64,000 nt of DNA from positions 7,628,001-7,692,000 of the forward strand of contig NC_087252.1 in NCBI RefSeq assembly GCF_037042905.1, in the 5' to 3' direction. Positions 1 through 13,062 of the stretch are shown here, one piece after another. Below the pieces are notes generated by a model. That model did not search any database, had not been told where the DNA came from, and worked only from the letters and a program-made list of their open reading frames with translations. This stretch comes from Lytechinus pictus. Its lineage: Eukaryota. The position numbers and the translations under genes are program-made. Within the stretch, counting starts at the first letter, position 1. Every line of letters starts with the position of its first letter.

Positions 1-1560
1 CGACACACAGTCACTCACAAGCAAAAACGCACAACAAAAGAAACTTCAAAATAATATGAAAAGTAACTTATTACATGTTCATGCCCTAACAAACTTTATA
101 AGAATCAATACAAGTATATATTAAGTGCATCGTACCTACTCAACTTACGTTCTTTCGACAGTTAATCCTGAAAAATTAACTCTAAAAATCAGGAGCGAAG
201 TCGTTCGTTGGCGAAGTCATTTCCCAAGCATGGTCTTTGTAATGGTACAAAGAAAAAACAAAATAATGATTTTTGTTTTGTTTTGCTGCTTTTCTTTTGA
301 TATCTCGATTCAATTGGCCTTTGAAAATTTACAAAACACACACAAGAAGCTGATCAATGGCGAAATGGAATAAAATAATTAACTATCAACTCAAGCCTAT
401 GTCCCATATGCACACATTATGTAAGTCCCTGTAAGTCATATAATCTCGCGCTGAAAATCCATTAAAAAAAATTAAATGAATCAGGTGAAAGTTGATTATG
501 TGCAATAATGGTCAAACTTTTGCCAGGGTACCAATCCATGAGAACTGAAGTAAGCCTGAAAAATTGTAGGGTGTTTGTATATTTATATACGAGTTGTTCA
601 ATAAATATATGGGTATTTCTTCAACTTAATTAAGTTATTTTTCATCATCATCATCACCACAATCATCATCAACATCATCATCATCATCACCATCATGACA
701 CCACTATCACCATCATATTATCACTGTTAACTTCTTCAGGTGACTCTTCGCAAGTCATATCTCTGGGGCCAAAGTAATCTGTTCAACTGAGATTTTAATT
801 GTTTTTTTTTATCCTGGTCTGAAATAATGCTTGGAGTTATAGGCGTTTGGCAACTGTATCATCTACTATAATTACTACAGCTACTACTACTATAACAAAT
901 TTTTAGTACTACTGCTCTTTTCTTCCCAACCCCTTTCTCTATCTTTCTCTTGTTCTACATATTTATCAGCCTCTCTTCCTTTGATCTTTGTCCTCATCTC
1001 TCTCTCATCTCCCACTCTCCTCTCTGAACTCCCTCTCTTCAACCTCTTTCTATAATCGCCATATCTTTCTATCTCACTTTATTCTTTCACTCTTTCATTC
1101 CTTTAAGGCAAGGCTCCACACAAACATTTTTTCTTGGTGGCCGAAATGGTCCACCAAAATTATCAATTTCACATTCTTGGTGGCCCGCAAGGCAAATTTG
1201 GTGGCCTTAAAACAATAGTAAATATCAAAACTTTGGTTGCCCAACTGGACCACCAAGTGTGGGCTTTTGCAGAATTTTGGTGGCCCTACTCTCATTTTTG
1301 GTTGCCCCGAGCCACTGCTAATGTCGAGCCCTGGCCTGCTTTCACGTTCCTCCTTTTCTCCTGGCTCATCATCTCTTGTCGAAGCTCCAAGGACATGAGA
1401 AAATATGCAAATTTTCACAAAAATAAATGATCTGTAACAAAATTTGCTTTCTTTATACTACAAAAAACAAAATTCTGACATTCAAATCTACATAATTCTC
1501 ATGGACAAGAGTCTACCATTCAAGTGAACTAATATTCCATAATAAAAAAGCGAAATTTTT

Positions 1561-1745
1561 GGTTCCATGACATTTGCTCTGGCGAAAATTGCTCCGATGC
1601 AAATTCCCCACATGAATGGACTGACCAACTTCAACCAAGGATTTAACACTTTATCCTATCCTAAATCTAACAAACACCCTATTGCGACCCCAACCCTAAT
1701 GCTAAAGCCCGGAGCAATTGTCGCCGGAGGAAATGTCATGTCACC
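1561..1745. mobile_element. Short non-autonomous repeat with subterminal inverted repeats and internal (TAACCC)-like tract (Helentron/HINE-like); further copies ~28740-28932, 30658-30846, 38808-39006
   Basis: GGTTCCATGACATTTGCTC...GGAGCAATTGTCGC...AAATGTC(A/G)TGTCACC recurs four times in the window, one copy inverted; superfamily is an inference. Confidence 0.6.
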
Positions 1746-2766
1746 TCAGTTACCCCCTCTCTAGACGGAGGGGTGGCAGTAAGGGTATTTCTTGATTATT
1801 TTACAAGTAACCTGGTTCAACTGTTATCAATTTCATTCAAACCCTAATTTTTCTTGTTCTTTATTATGAACAATGAATATAAATAGATTATGTAGATGAT
1901 ATATACATCACTGTAAAAAGGGAATATAAAATAACATGGCATGAGTTGAAAATTGAAGATGTACAAATGTTAAAAAATACAATGCCTAGACATGTAAATT
2001 GAGGGTTGAGCAGAGATTATAACATTTGCACTTTAACGTTCGTTTATGTGGGGGACAGTCTAACAGGAAAAGATCAATACAAATGCCCTTTGCGGTAACT
2101 ATTTGAGCATGAGTTTGATCACAATCCACTGAATTGAATGACATCCAAATGTTTGTATGTATGAATAAATTCTGGTAGTAAATGTGTCATTACTCAGTAT
2201 TCAACAAAACAAGCATGCTCTTCAAGGCAGATGTTGCACTTTTTTTCTAAGCAATACTGAAAATGGCACTACACATTTTATTTGTTTTGGTGATCTTCAG
2301 TGCAGCAATTTCTATAGCTTAGATTTCATAATTTCACATAGATAAATAATAGATTTATGAGCAAAAAAGAAAATCTAGATCTAGATCTACCATGATATGG
2401 TTACAATAAATAGTGATATAGAGAGAAAATGTATGCAAAATTGAGGGTCATTAGAGATTGAAAAATTCCTGCTTAACTTCATTCATTGAGCACTTCATAT
2501 TTTAGCAGTAGGTATCGGCACAGCCACATTTGTTCTATTTGCAACTTGTAATCATCCTGTTCATGATCTCTATATACAGCACCAAGTACTAGCAATAGCT
2601 TGGGTAAAATGTGCCTCATAAAGCCACCTTAAATATGACAATAATTGAATTTAAAAAAATTAAGCAGTCCTTATACATGGCAACCTTACTTCCATAGGTC
2701 TGTATTATGAACTCTGGTTAATTGTATAATCTATTCTAAAGTTGAAATTGTGACAAACATCTTTAA

Positions 2767-3351
2767 AGGAGAATGAAACCTTTGGAACAAGATAGCTTTT
2801 GTGAAAACAGAAAAATCAAAGAAACAGATCAACGAAAGTTTGAGAAAAATCGTACAAATAATGAGAAAGTTATGAGCATTTGAATATTGCGATCACTAAT
2901 GCTATGGAGATCCTCAAATTGACAAGGCGACAAAGATGTGTGATGTCACTTGTGAACAACTCTCCCCATTACTTTAGTATATATTTCACTTAAATTGCCT
3001 CTTTTATCACATCTATCAGTAGATCATGTGTTCTTTCTAGAGGAGGGTATGTAATACAGATTTTCAAAGAATACATCATGGATAAGGAGTTTGAATCACA
3101 ATAAGAAAGAGCAAAAAGAGACATTTTGAGGGTATTTTATAGTCCATCAAAGGGAAAGTTGTTCACATGTGACATCACACATCCTTGTTGCATTGCCAAT
3201 AGGAGGATCTCCATAGCATTAGTAATTGCAATATTCAAATGCTCATAACTTTATCATTATTTGTCCGATTTTTCTCAAACTTTCTTTGTTCTCATTCTTT
3301 GATTTTTCTGTTTTGACACACGCCTACTTGTTCCAAAGGCTTCATTCCCCT
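2767..3351. mobile_element. MITE with TTAA TSD and long TIRs (Kolobok-like), family 1
   Basis: TTAA|AGGAGAATGAAACC...GCTTCATTCCCCT|TTAA; ~200-bp imperfect inverted arms; same family at 49985-50579. Confidence 0.8.
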
Positions 3352-3684
3352 TTAACAGTGGAGGTTCAATTTGTTGGCTCATCTGATGCCCAAATCACTC
3401 ATACCTGTTTGGGAGTGATGAATAACACAGTGGCCATCACCATCAAATGAGGAATGACTACAGTAAACATAGGAAATATACACTGTAAACAAAATTTCTG
3501 ACAGTTTTGGATTCCAATAATTTTGGCACAGACCGAGACCATGGTCTAAGTTAAACTGGGCCCGTCTTACAAAGAGTTTATACTTTATACGATTGATCCA
3601 ATCAACCACATCTATGGACAGCCAGCAACGTCAACACCTAAAATGCACGTTTGTTGTAATATTTTGTAGATATGATGTATATTC

Positions 3685-4675
3685 TAGGCCTTAACCGATA
3701 ATTGTATCGGGCCGATATTTGGCCGCATTGGCAAAACATCAGTATCTGCATTCTTTTTTATGAATGGCCAATGCGTAACCGTAAAGTGTATCGTGCTGTG
3801 GCTGGCCGTGAACAAGTTTTTCTGAATTTTCTCTGTTTTTCTTCAATCAATATAAGAATATGTGGACCTTATTTGATGAATAATGATAGTATGGCTATAG
3901 TTTTGGTACTACATGAAGTTAAATTTCCTGTAAACTTCTATTAAATTTGCGATTGTCTCCAAACTTTTCTGAAGATGCACGCTAAAACTTGAAATAGACC
4001 GACTGAAGTAAGCAGACTATTTCGAGTGTGTCAATTTACAGATGAATGAGATGATTGCAGATTGGATAAAAATAAGATTAAAGATTTTTTTTTAGTTGAT
4101 GAAAGATACAGATAAATAATAGTAATATTTATTTACTGACCAGAAAATATTTCAATATATTTTAATCATTCGTTCACATTTTAGATTCCCCCCCCCCTAA
4201 AAATATTGTCATTTCCAAATTGGCACTAATGTACACGCCATTTTCGGACCTAAAGCTTTCATACACTGTTCCAAACATGTCATGGCACTTCCATGTTCCG
4301 TACCGGTACCGTACCTCTACCTCACCATACACATTTTTCCTGTCTTAATAACTAGCCTCTCAAAGTAACAATGATAAAAAACAAGTTGATACAACTGCCT
4401 CAGAAAAAACAAGGTAAATTTTGGCTTTTGTACTTTTGTTGAGGTTTTTAAACTTTTTACCTTGAATTCGGGCTGTTCGGACTGAGTGGGAGGCTGTTTA
4501 CAATACATGTCATGCATTAATAGTGTAGCTATAGCGGCCATGCTGACAAATGTTTGCATTACCGTATCTGTAACTTTAGTTCTGTATATCGGATGGTATC
4601 GGTATTTACAGATACAGGGAAGAAAAATATCCGCACATCGGATCGGCAATGAAATTCTGTATCGTTTAAGGCATC
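3685..4675. mobile_element. hAT-like non-autonomous element downstream of the paralog A stop codon
   Basis: 8-bp TSD GTATATTC at 3677-3684 and 4676-4683; imperfect TIR TAGGCCTTAACCGATA / TATCGTTTAAGGCATC. Confidence 0.7.
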
Positions 4676-4842
4676 GTATATTCATACATCCATTGTTTTC
4701 TTGAATATTCAGTAGGCTTCTCTTTGCTTAAAAATTACATTGTGCAAATTTCCGGTACAAAAAAAACTAGTTGAGGTTGATTGGATCAATCATATCGTTG
4801 TAAGATGGGTCCCTGGATTTCAGAATTGGGGCCTATATGTAT

Positions 4843-6095
4843 CTATTTTTTTGCACTGCTTACATCCCCCCGTTCTTTATGTTGCATCATGTGATATGTA
4901 TAGTTCTGATTTAATGAAAAGGTCTTTCCACAAATGTTACAAGAAAACGCTTTCTCCTCTGTATGCACTGCCTTTATGTGAGTGTTGAGACAATGCTTTG
5001 CTGTGAAACTTTTCCCACATTCTAAGCAGGCAAATGGGCGGATGCCCTTATGGCGACGTTCGTGAATGTTGAAATTTCCTTTGTTTGAAAATCCTTTGTT
5101 GCATACGGAGCAAAAGAAACGCAAAGGGTTCTCCTGATGCATACGGCGCTTGTGAGCGCGATAAACACCCTTTTGTCGGAATCCACGGCCACAGATTTCA
5201 CACTTGAATGGTTTCAATCCATTGTGTTCACCTTGGTGATTGTTGAGGGCGCTCTCCGACGCAAAGGTTCTGGGACAGAGAGTGCAGCGATACATACGAT
5301 TCTCCTCATGGTATCGCATGTGATCTATAAGCCGGTGCTCCCGAGCAAAAACCTTTTCACAATGAGGGCACTTGAAGAAGTGATCGCCAGTGTGGTGCTC
5401 CTTCTCATGTTGCTTGACACAATAGCGGTTCTGGAAACGATTTGGACAATACCGACACTTGAAACGACGTTCATAGTAATTGGGAGTTTTACCAAGCATA
5501 TCCTTGGGTTCTTCAGGGGTCGAAGACACTACTATTGTCTTTTCTGTGTGTGGTCCATTCTTGGTTGAAGCTTGCTGTGTTTTCTTATGTTTCTCACAAG
5601 GTGTCAGCTTGTCCAAACAGATGCGACAATAATGACCATGGGCGTCACTCATGTGCAGCTGCAATTCATACTTCCTGTTGTAACTTTTATGACATTCTTT
5701 GCACTTGAACTTCACCCCCTCCCTTTCGTGCGTCTTCATGTGTTTCGCAAGCGTCCAGAAATTTGTTTCCTTCTTGTCACAAACGGTACACACGTGACCC
5801 TCGTTAATTTTGTGAAATGACTCGTGCTCCCTGAGCTTGACGATATTTGAAAAAGACTTCTCACAAGTTCCACAACTGAAGTCAGCATCTCCCTCCTTGC
5901 TAGCATTATTGACTGTTGAATCTTTTCGGAATTTGATCCGAGGTTCAGATGGCTTGTGCTTCCTCTTTTTCCAAATTACTACAGGGAACAGTTCTACTCT
6001 TGGTACACGGGAGTGTTCATATCGCATGTGTCTAAGGACTAGTTTGGCTGATGTGAACGAATCCTTGCATAAGTTGCATTGAAATTTCTGTGCAT
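4843..6095 (-). CDS. PRDM-like PR/SET zinc-finger protein, paralog A, last coding exon (11 C2H2 fingers); full CDS join(13847..13628,12405..12253,8481..8228,7746..7506,6095..4843), ~706 aa
   Basis: Repeated C-x2-C-x12-H-x3/4-H motifs with linkers such as GLKPFKCEICGRGF; acceptor tttcag|AT at 6096/6095; exon lengths sum to 2121 nt in frame. Confidence 0.92.
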
Positions 6096-7226
6096 CTGAA
6101 ACATAAATGAGTAGAAAGGAATCATCATCTTTAAGGTGTGATCTTAAAAGTAATCTTGACATAATTCAATGTTACCCGAACATGTCCTTATTTAATGCTT
6201 CTTAATTCATATTCTGAAGTGTCCTTAATTTTTTTTTCTCACTCTCTCTTCTTTCTATCATTTTGCTGTAAGCACTCCTCAGAGTGGGTTTGGAACTTAA
6301 TAAATCACATAGATATGAAAAAAAAGTATAGTTACTCAAGGCTCAGTATTTGGTCCTTTATCATTCTCAAGATGATTGCCATTTGGCTTCAACAATTTTA
6401 ATTACAGTATTCATTTTGGAAAAGCAAATAAATTGAACATAAAATGGTGCTCTCCTGACATCTGGCAAAGAAAACAACATTTTTAATCTCAGAGCCCAGT
6501 TGACACTAGTGAAATAAAATACATAGTACCCGTAATATAAATTAAGGAATAGCCTGTAATAAATCTGTTTAAATCTGTTTACAAAGAAGAGCACACTAAA
6601 TTATCAAGAATCGTTGATGTATGAATATACATCATACATGTATCTAGAAATTTTTAAAACAAACATGCATTTTTTTTGCTGGCTTTCCATATTTGTGCTT
6701 GATTGGATCAATCGCAACTCTTTGTAAGACGGGACCCTGATTTGCATTACTCTAAGGAGTCAAGGTAACTATCAGATTAAAGGTTGGATACAAAAGTCTG
6801 AAAATAATCTAGAAAGGGGCGATTCCATGCTATAAAAATCAGCCATTTTCACAACACTTTTCAACCTGCTGTCAGGAGGAACTTCAATTTGTTTTGTGGT
6901 AATAATAAAGTACTACCGAATAGTCACGTAAAAACATGGCATCCAACAAAAATATATTGTCCATGGGGGAATTAGGGATGAAAATATTGTGCGTCGTACG
7001 GGACATTTCTGAGTCCCATATGACACACAACATTTTCACCCTTAATTCATCCATATGTTCATTTTTCTTTATTATCAGTTTTGCTCATGACTATACACTG
7101 TAACTTTATCATTGAAAAAAAAAAATTAATTGCTCAAGCATTCAGCTAAGAGACTTGATATTGTTGTCGAAATGTCCAGTATAACACGGATGGAAACGCC
7201 CAAAGACAATTTTCCTATGTATAAAG

Positions 7227-7410
7227 CAGGGGTGTGAGTGGTCACAAATAAAAAGATCTGAAAAAAGCTGAAGAGTGTTGAAAAAGTCTGAAATAGAAAG
7301 AGCTCCCATACTTTTTGTACAGAGGAAGGCCAAAAATAAGCTGAAATTAAGCTGAAAATCAAAACAAAAAAATCTGAAATCAGATAAAAATCTGAACTCT
7401 CACACCCCTG
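7227..7410. mobile_element. Small TIR MITE (CAGGGG...CCCCTG)
   Basis: TIR CAGGGGTGTGAG / CTCACACCCCTG; ATAAAG duplicated on both sides. Confidence 0.6.
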
Positions 7411-7505
7411 ATAAAGGCATTTTCTGCGGCCAAATATATGTTGGAAAATCTGAATTCACACTTTAGTCCGAAAAGTGGTATCCCTGCAAATGTACTTCAA
7501 CTTAC

Positions 7506-7746
7506 CCTTGTTAAATCGGAGTTCATTCAATTTAGTATCCACTCCGACACGCTTGGCATACTCTGGGCTGTAGAAGACTTTGAGTTCACTTCCGGCTTCA
7601 ATAACCCTTGTGCTTTTGAAGTAGATTTCACCATAGAATTGATAGGCTTCTATGTTCTGTTCTTCTTCACTCTGTGCACATCTCACTTGAGACATCCAGG
7701 TGTTATGTCCATCGAGGTAGAAGAATACTTGACCAGAAACGCAAAC
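7506..7746 (-). CDS. Paralog A exon: C-terminal half of PR/SET domain
   Basis: VCVSGQVFFYLDGHNTWMSQVRCAQSEEEQNIEAYQFYGEIYFKSTRVIEAGSELKVFYSPEYAK resembles PRDM NWMRYVNCAR..EEQNL...ELLVWY; ag|GTT acceptor and G|gtaag donor. Confidence 0.9.
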
Positions 7747-7957
7747 CTTGTAAAGTAAAAGGAGAGCAGCAATAAAGATATGATTTTAAATCATATTACT
7801 GTGAAAATACAAATAATGGACACAAAGAATAAAAATTATGAACACACAAAGGGTCTTTGTGGTTTTATTGGCAGTATTTGGTAGTTATTGGTATAACTGG
7901 CTGTGTGGCGATTGCAAATTCAGTGCAGGCTTACCAAGAATGCATATAGCATTCCTA

Positions 7958-8085
7958 TTTATTTGAATATAGGATAAAAGAGCACTGGTGAATAAATGTC
8001 TTGCTCACGGGCACACGTCCCGTGGCCGGGGATCAAACCGCAGACTTTCATCTGTCTTGTCAGCTGTCCAAGACCACTCGGACAC
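7958..8085 (-). mobile_element. Degenerate tRNA-derived SINE fragment
   Basis: Minus strand has a B-box-like GGTTTGATCCC followed by CCCGTGAGCAAGACATTTATTCAC. Confidence 0.45.
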
Positions 8086-8227
8086 TGTTTTGGGTAATTT
8101 GTTGTATAGCACTGCCCTCTTCCTCCTTCCAGCTGTGTTGGCAAGTCCTGGATATGCCCAATTAGCACTATTCTCTCCATAAAAACTGACATTTATCTCT
8201 TAAGGAGCCAAGGCTCTACTTACTCAC

Positions 8228-8481
8228 CTCCCATGTTGATTCCTTCATTAAACCTTGCTCTTCACTCATCAACGATCCTGTGTACGGTCCAAACTCAGAA
8301 CCCTTCTCTAGCCTCCCCTTGGCAAGGACGCCCTCAACCCAACCTTCAGGTGAACATTTAAAAGTGAGACTCTGCGGTAGTTCTGGGGTTGATGACGATT
8401 CCACTTGTGGCCCTTCTGCCTTACTCTGCTTCTTCAACTTGACTTTCTTAGAAGGAGCTGGTGGTGGATTGGGTGTTTCAA
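8228..8481 (-). CDS. Paralog A exon: N-terminal half of PR/SET domain
   Basis: GVLAKGRLEKGSEFGPYTG...STWE contains the PRDM FGPY motif; GAG|gtgagt donor; same 254-nt length as the paralog B exon. Confidence 0.88.
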
Positions 8482-9078
8482 CTGCTTTGTTAGGAGAAGA
8501 AGAGTGAAAAACATGAGTGATGTTGAAATTTACTGGAGGCTTTTTTTGGTACTTGTTAATTCTTTTCCTCATTTTCTCTTCTGCTTCTCATGTTCCTGTT
8601 CTTCTCTTTTGTTCTTTCTTCTTCTCTTTCCCCTTTTTGACTGGCTATAATTTGAGCTACCCTCGCTAGCTTGCACAAAAATTAACATAGAGGGCAATCT
8701 TCAATTTTCTGATTTTGTCAAAGCAAAAATGAAAAAAAAAGAAAGAAGCAAATCAGAGGTGTTCAATTTTCTGTTTTGTTGAAGCAAAAACTAAAAATTA
8801 TTTGCAAATACAATTTCTTAATTTAAGAAAAAATAAAAACAAACAGAAGTGTAAAAGGTTGTTAAAATAGACAAATAATTTTGCACAAAATGATCAACCA
8901 AACAAACAAAAATAGTTTCGTCACAAGCAATTCATTTTTATTTTAGCACTAAAGCCAAATTCTGAATTTGTTTATGTTACACAGAAAAAATGATTAATGG
9001 TGTAATTCTGAAAGTATTGTTTAGATAGAGAAGAAAATCAAAATGTAAAAAAGTAATGATAAACTACTAGTACTCACT

Positions 9079-9556
9079 AGGTGGTTTCAGACCGCCTCGA
9101 AGTTCGCCAGTTCCAGGTATTCTCTGATCGGGAAATTTACCCCGATCAGAAAATACCAGGTATTTTGGCAGTCTGAAAGCAAACTACGCGTAATATCCCC
9201 GAAAGAAAATACCCGATAAATAGTAGGTACTTGGCGAAATTACGAGAACTTTCGCGGGGATTTTTCCAAGGTCGTGGGTATTTTGGCGGTCTGAAAGCAA
9301 ATTACGGGAACTTTTAGCCCAGCGTGTCGTTGGGTGCGGCGCCGTGCATGGGTTGCTGCTGGGCTAGTGATTTTGAATTTCGCGCCTTGCTGCTTATCAG
9401 ACCATACTGCGCATGCTCGTAACTTCAGGAACTTATCCCGAAGGGTATGTTTCAGGGCGGTGTGAATGCAGGAATAATTAATGGGTATTTTTCAGCCTAA
9501 AAAAGTTCTCGTAATTTAACGGGGATTCTTGTGATCGAGGCGGTTTGAAACCACCT
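9079..9556. mobile_element. PIF/Harbinger-like MITE
   Basis: TIR AGGTGGTTTCAGACCGCCTCGA / TCGAGGCGGTTTGAAACCACCT; 3-bp TSD ACT. Confidence 0.75.
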
Positions 9557-10639
9557 ACTTTGGCCTTGTGATGGCAGTATTGGTAATTGCGTTGGATAAT
9601 AAAATCCTATGTATTCAATTACATAAATTACTTAAATTTAATTGAATAGGAAGGGCTATTTTATTGTAGGTTCCAGGTTCTAGTAACAGGTGGATTAATC
9701 TCTTAACATTCCAAGACCCGCCTGAGGTCTATTGATTGTACAGTGCACCTAATTGCTGTGCACAGAGAGTAAGATCACTTTCATTTTGTTACTCTTTGAG
9801 AGATTGTGTTCTGAGGAGCAAGGAAGAAATGACCCTCAGTTTTGATTGATTTTGGAGGAATTTTCCTACCCACAATGGTGGTGAGTCTATTTGATATTAT
9901 CATCAGTACATGTATATTTCCGCTAAAAAAGGAGAAATATTAGATTCTTCAATTCTTCTGTCAGTAACTTAGGCATATTATGCTGAGAGTTTTTAACAAT
10001 TATCGAAATTATATTGCAGTGATGGAATGCTTGCATTTCAATATTTTTCAGAAGTGAATATATGCCAACTGTTTAGGATTGATACATTTTGCTGATGAAT
10101 TAACACTATCTAGATATTTTGTTGATGCTTATTGAATAATAAGAAAGACATGTATTGATCAAATGATTAATGAAAGTAATATTTGAAATGCTGAAAATAA
10201 GGATTTGCTATTTTGGATAATGGGAATTGTTCAATTTTCAAGGGTCCTCTGGTCAGGGAGCTGTTACCCATGGACAGCCATTCTTTTCTGGGGCTATATC
10301 AATAGAAGCCTTCAGTTATTGTCAGCCCTGAACCAAGATGATATTACATTCCTGAGTATTCAACCTTGAGTTCTTCTTAAGTTCTTATCGACGTTATGCG
10401 ACAGGTCGAAAGCACCTAGACTTCGGTGACACCATTCTTCGTAGATCTTTGATAATTATCGACATCCGTCATTCTACGTCATCGGTCTTGAAGGTCATTG
10501 GATATCTGTTATTTCAGTCAACTTGTCGCCATTTTCATTGAAATCATATGGACTGCATCCATGATCAATCAGGGAAGTCCTTTAATTTAACCCTTAATAT
10601 TGTCCGGACAAATTATCATATCTTGATGCCATCCCTTAA

Positions 10640-11221
10640 AGGGATGATCCAGGCTGAAAGAATTTACAGTTAAATGAATAGAGTAGAATTCACTAAGCAA
10701 AATGCCGAAAATTTCATCAAAATCGGATAACAAATAACAAAGTTATTGAATTTTAAAGTTTAGCAATATTTTGTGAAAACAGTCATCATGAATATTCATT
10801 AGGTGGACTGATGATGTCACATCTCCACTTGTTCTTTTGTATTTTATTATATGAAAATAGGTTTATTCAAATTTTTTCCTCCAAGAACTACAAAAATTGG
10901 ATTGACATCTGAATTAGTGCATTAGATATTTATTGCTGCAACTTATTTCATTATAAGGGAGACATATTATTCACACAAGTATGAAATAATGAAAAAAATA
11001 TGATTTTATGTAATAACATAAGAAAACGGAAAGTGGAGATGTGACATCATCAGCCCACCTAATGAATATTCATGACGACTGTTTTCACAAAATATTGCTA
11101 AACTTTAAACTTCAATAACTTTATTATTTGTTACTCGATTTTGATGAAATTTTCGGCATTTTGCTCAGTGAATTCTACTCTATGTATTAAGATATAAATA
11201 TTTTCAGCCCGGACCATCCCT
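10640..11221. mobile_element. MITE with TTAA TSD (Kolobok-like), family 2
   Basis: TTAA|AGGGATGATCCAGGCTG...CAGCCCGGACCATCCCT|TTAA; long inverted arms; truncated copy at 62702-63097. Confidence 0.8.
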
Positions 11222-11646
11222 TTAATAAATTTTTGTCCCATTCCAAAACTCAAACAGATAAAATCAAACTTAAAATTTGTTAAATCATTTGAAAGTCAAT
11301 ATCATTTTATGTGAAATTATGTTGCAATGATTGCTGAAATTTTCATTAAGAGAAATCTGATTTGGAAACAAAATGATATAGTAGTACATGTAATATACAA
11401 CTTTAAACCGGAATTATTGTTGTGCAGTGCAACTACTTATGTGTACTTTGACTTACATCATAGCTCTCTTCACTTTAAAAAAAGGATCCTTGGGGTATGT
11501 GAGGTTGTTTAAGTGATTTGGGGTGATTGGTGACCAAATCTTTAGGTAAACCAAAAACCAAGGTTTGATCCTGACAGGTTCAAATGTTTGATTTTATATC
11601 ATTCCTAATCAATACATATTGTTGAATTCTTGACAAAATTACTTAA

Positions 11647-12228
11647 AGGACAAGTCAACCCCTAATAAAAGTTGATTTGAATAAAAAGAAAAAAAATCAA
11701 ACAAGCATAACACTGAAAATTTCATCAATATCGGATGTAAATAAGAAAGTTATGACATTTTAAATTTTCTCTTAATTTCACAAAATAGTGATATGCACAT
11801 CCCGGTTGGTATGCAAATGAGGGGAATAATGATGTCAACCACTCACTATTTCTTTTGTATTTTATTATATGAAATATTCTAATTTTCTCCTCATTGTTCT
11901 GTGAAACAAAGTTTTGTTCCTCTCTAAACATGTTGTATTTCCATTGTTTTAACATTTTATGGTTCAGTGAAATAAAAGAAAAATTGAAATATTGTATAAT
12001 TCAAACAATAAAGAGCAAAAGAAATAGTGAGTGATGGACATCATTGACTCCCTCCCTCACCGTCACCGATCGTGCATATAACTGTTTTGTGAAAACTAAG
12101 CGAAACTCTAAATTGTCATAACTTTCTTATTTTACATCTGATTTTGATGAAATTTTCAGTGTCATGCTTGTGTGATTTTTATCTATTCATTTATTCAAAT
12201 CAACATTTCTCTGGGGAGGGCTTTACCT
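11647..12228. mobile_element. MITE with TTAA TSD (Kolobok-like), family 3
   Basis: TTAA|AGGACAAGTCAACCCC...GGGCTTTACCT|TTAA; same family at 17221, 37327 and 60543. Confidence 0.8.
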
Positions 12229-12252
12229 TTAACTTCCTCTGCAAGTTTTTAC

Positions 12253-12405
12253 CTTGTGTTGTGTTTCCTTGAAGAGCTCTAGCAAGAAGTGGGGCATACA
12301 TTGCTGATTGAGTTGTTGATTTGACCTTTTGACCTCTGGCTGGCAGCTCATTATGAACTTCCTGCATGCTACCAGTTCTTGCATTCGGAGGCACTGTATT
12401 TGAAT
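12253..12405 (-). CDS. Paralog A coding exon 2 (low complexity)
   Basis: aacag|ATTCAA acceptor, CAAG|gtaaaa donor, 153 nt phase 1-1; conserved with 37064-37222. Confidence 0.8.
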
Positions 12406-12439
12406 CTGTTCACAGAGAGAAAAATCAAATATAATAATA

Positions 12440-12700
12440 ACAATAGCCGGATTTATAAAGTCCTTTTTGCCTGAGGATACAAAGCGCTGCTGTTATTAAC
12501 AAGGCTTTAGCTTGAGCTACCATCATCGGCGCTCAGTGCATTCAAGTATATAATCCTGCCGGTTACCCATTCACCTCACCTGGGTTAAGTGCAGCACAAT
12601 GTGGATAAACTTTTTGCTAAAGGAAAACACGCCCTGGCTAGGATTCGAACCCACGACCCTCTGTTCGAAAGGCGAGAGTCAGAACCACTAGACCAAGACT
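12440..12700 (-). mobile_element. tRNA-derived SINE
   Basis: Minus strand: tRNA-like head with B box GGTTCGAATCC, core GCACTTAACCCAGGTGAGGTGAATGGGTA, (TTA)-rich tail; related copy at 34905-35170. Confidence 0.75.
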
Positions 12701-13062
12701 TATCCCAATACTTATCCAAAAATACATTGATTAGATTCCTGTGATGTGAAGTTAAAAACATTTTTTCATTTTATAACTTAATAAGAAGCATTCACTGTAG
12801 GCGTATTGAGTTACCCTCAAAATTAGTAACATTCACTCCCTCTGATATTCTACAGATAAAACCAACTCCAATGCAGAATGCTATGGGAAGATGATAAAAC
12901 ATGGGTAGTTTCTTTTTGGTTTATTTAGCAGCATCACTTGAAAAATTTGAATTAATGATTAAACTTTCTTACTCTTAAGATAGATTGATTTAATATTCTA
13001 TTGTTTGGCAATTTTCTTCATAAATGAAAATGTACATGTACAATTTAAAACACCATTGTTCA

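Noticed and set aside
643..725. (CAT)n tract as a poly-His coding segment
   Set aside because: Microsatellite in the intergenic spacer, no supporting ORF; a decayed version is at ~27630
5137..6082. Plus-strand ORFs opposite the zinc-finger exons (also 32624-33743) and opposite pol
   Set aside because: Antisense shadows of real coding sequence
6096..6162. ORF-track start codons for the zinc-finger ORFs (6162 and 33727)
   Set aside because: Intronic; A/B similarity stops at the splice acceptor
12625..12700. tRNA gene
   Set aside because: tRNA-like head is followed by a SINE core and tail and lacks a clean cloverleaf
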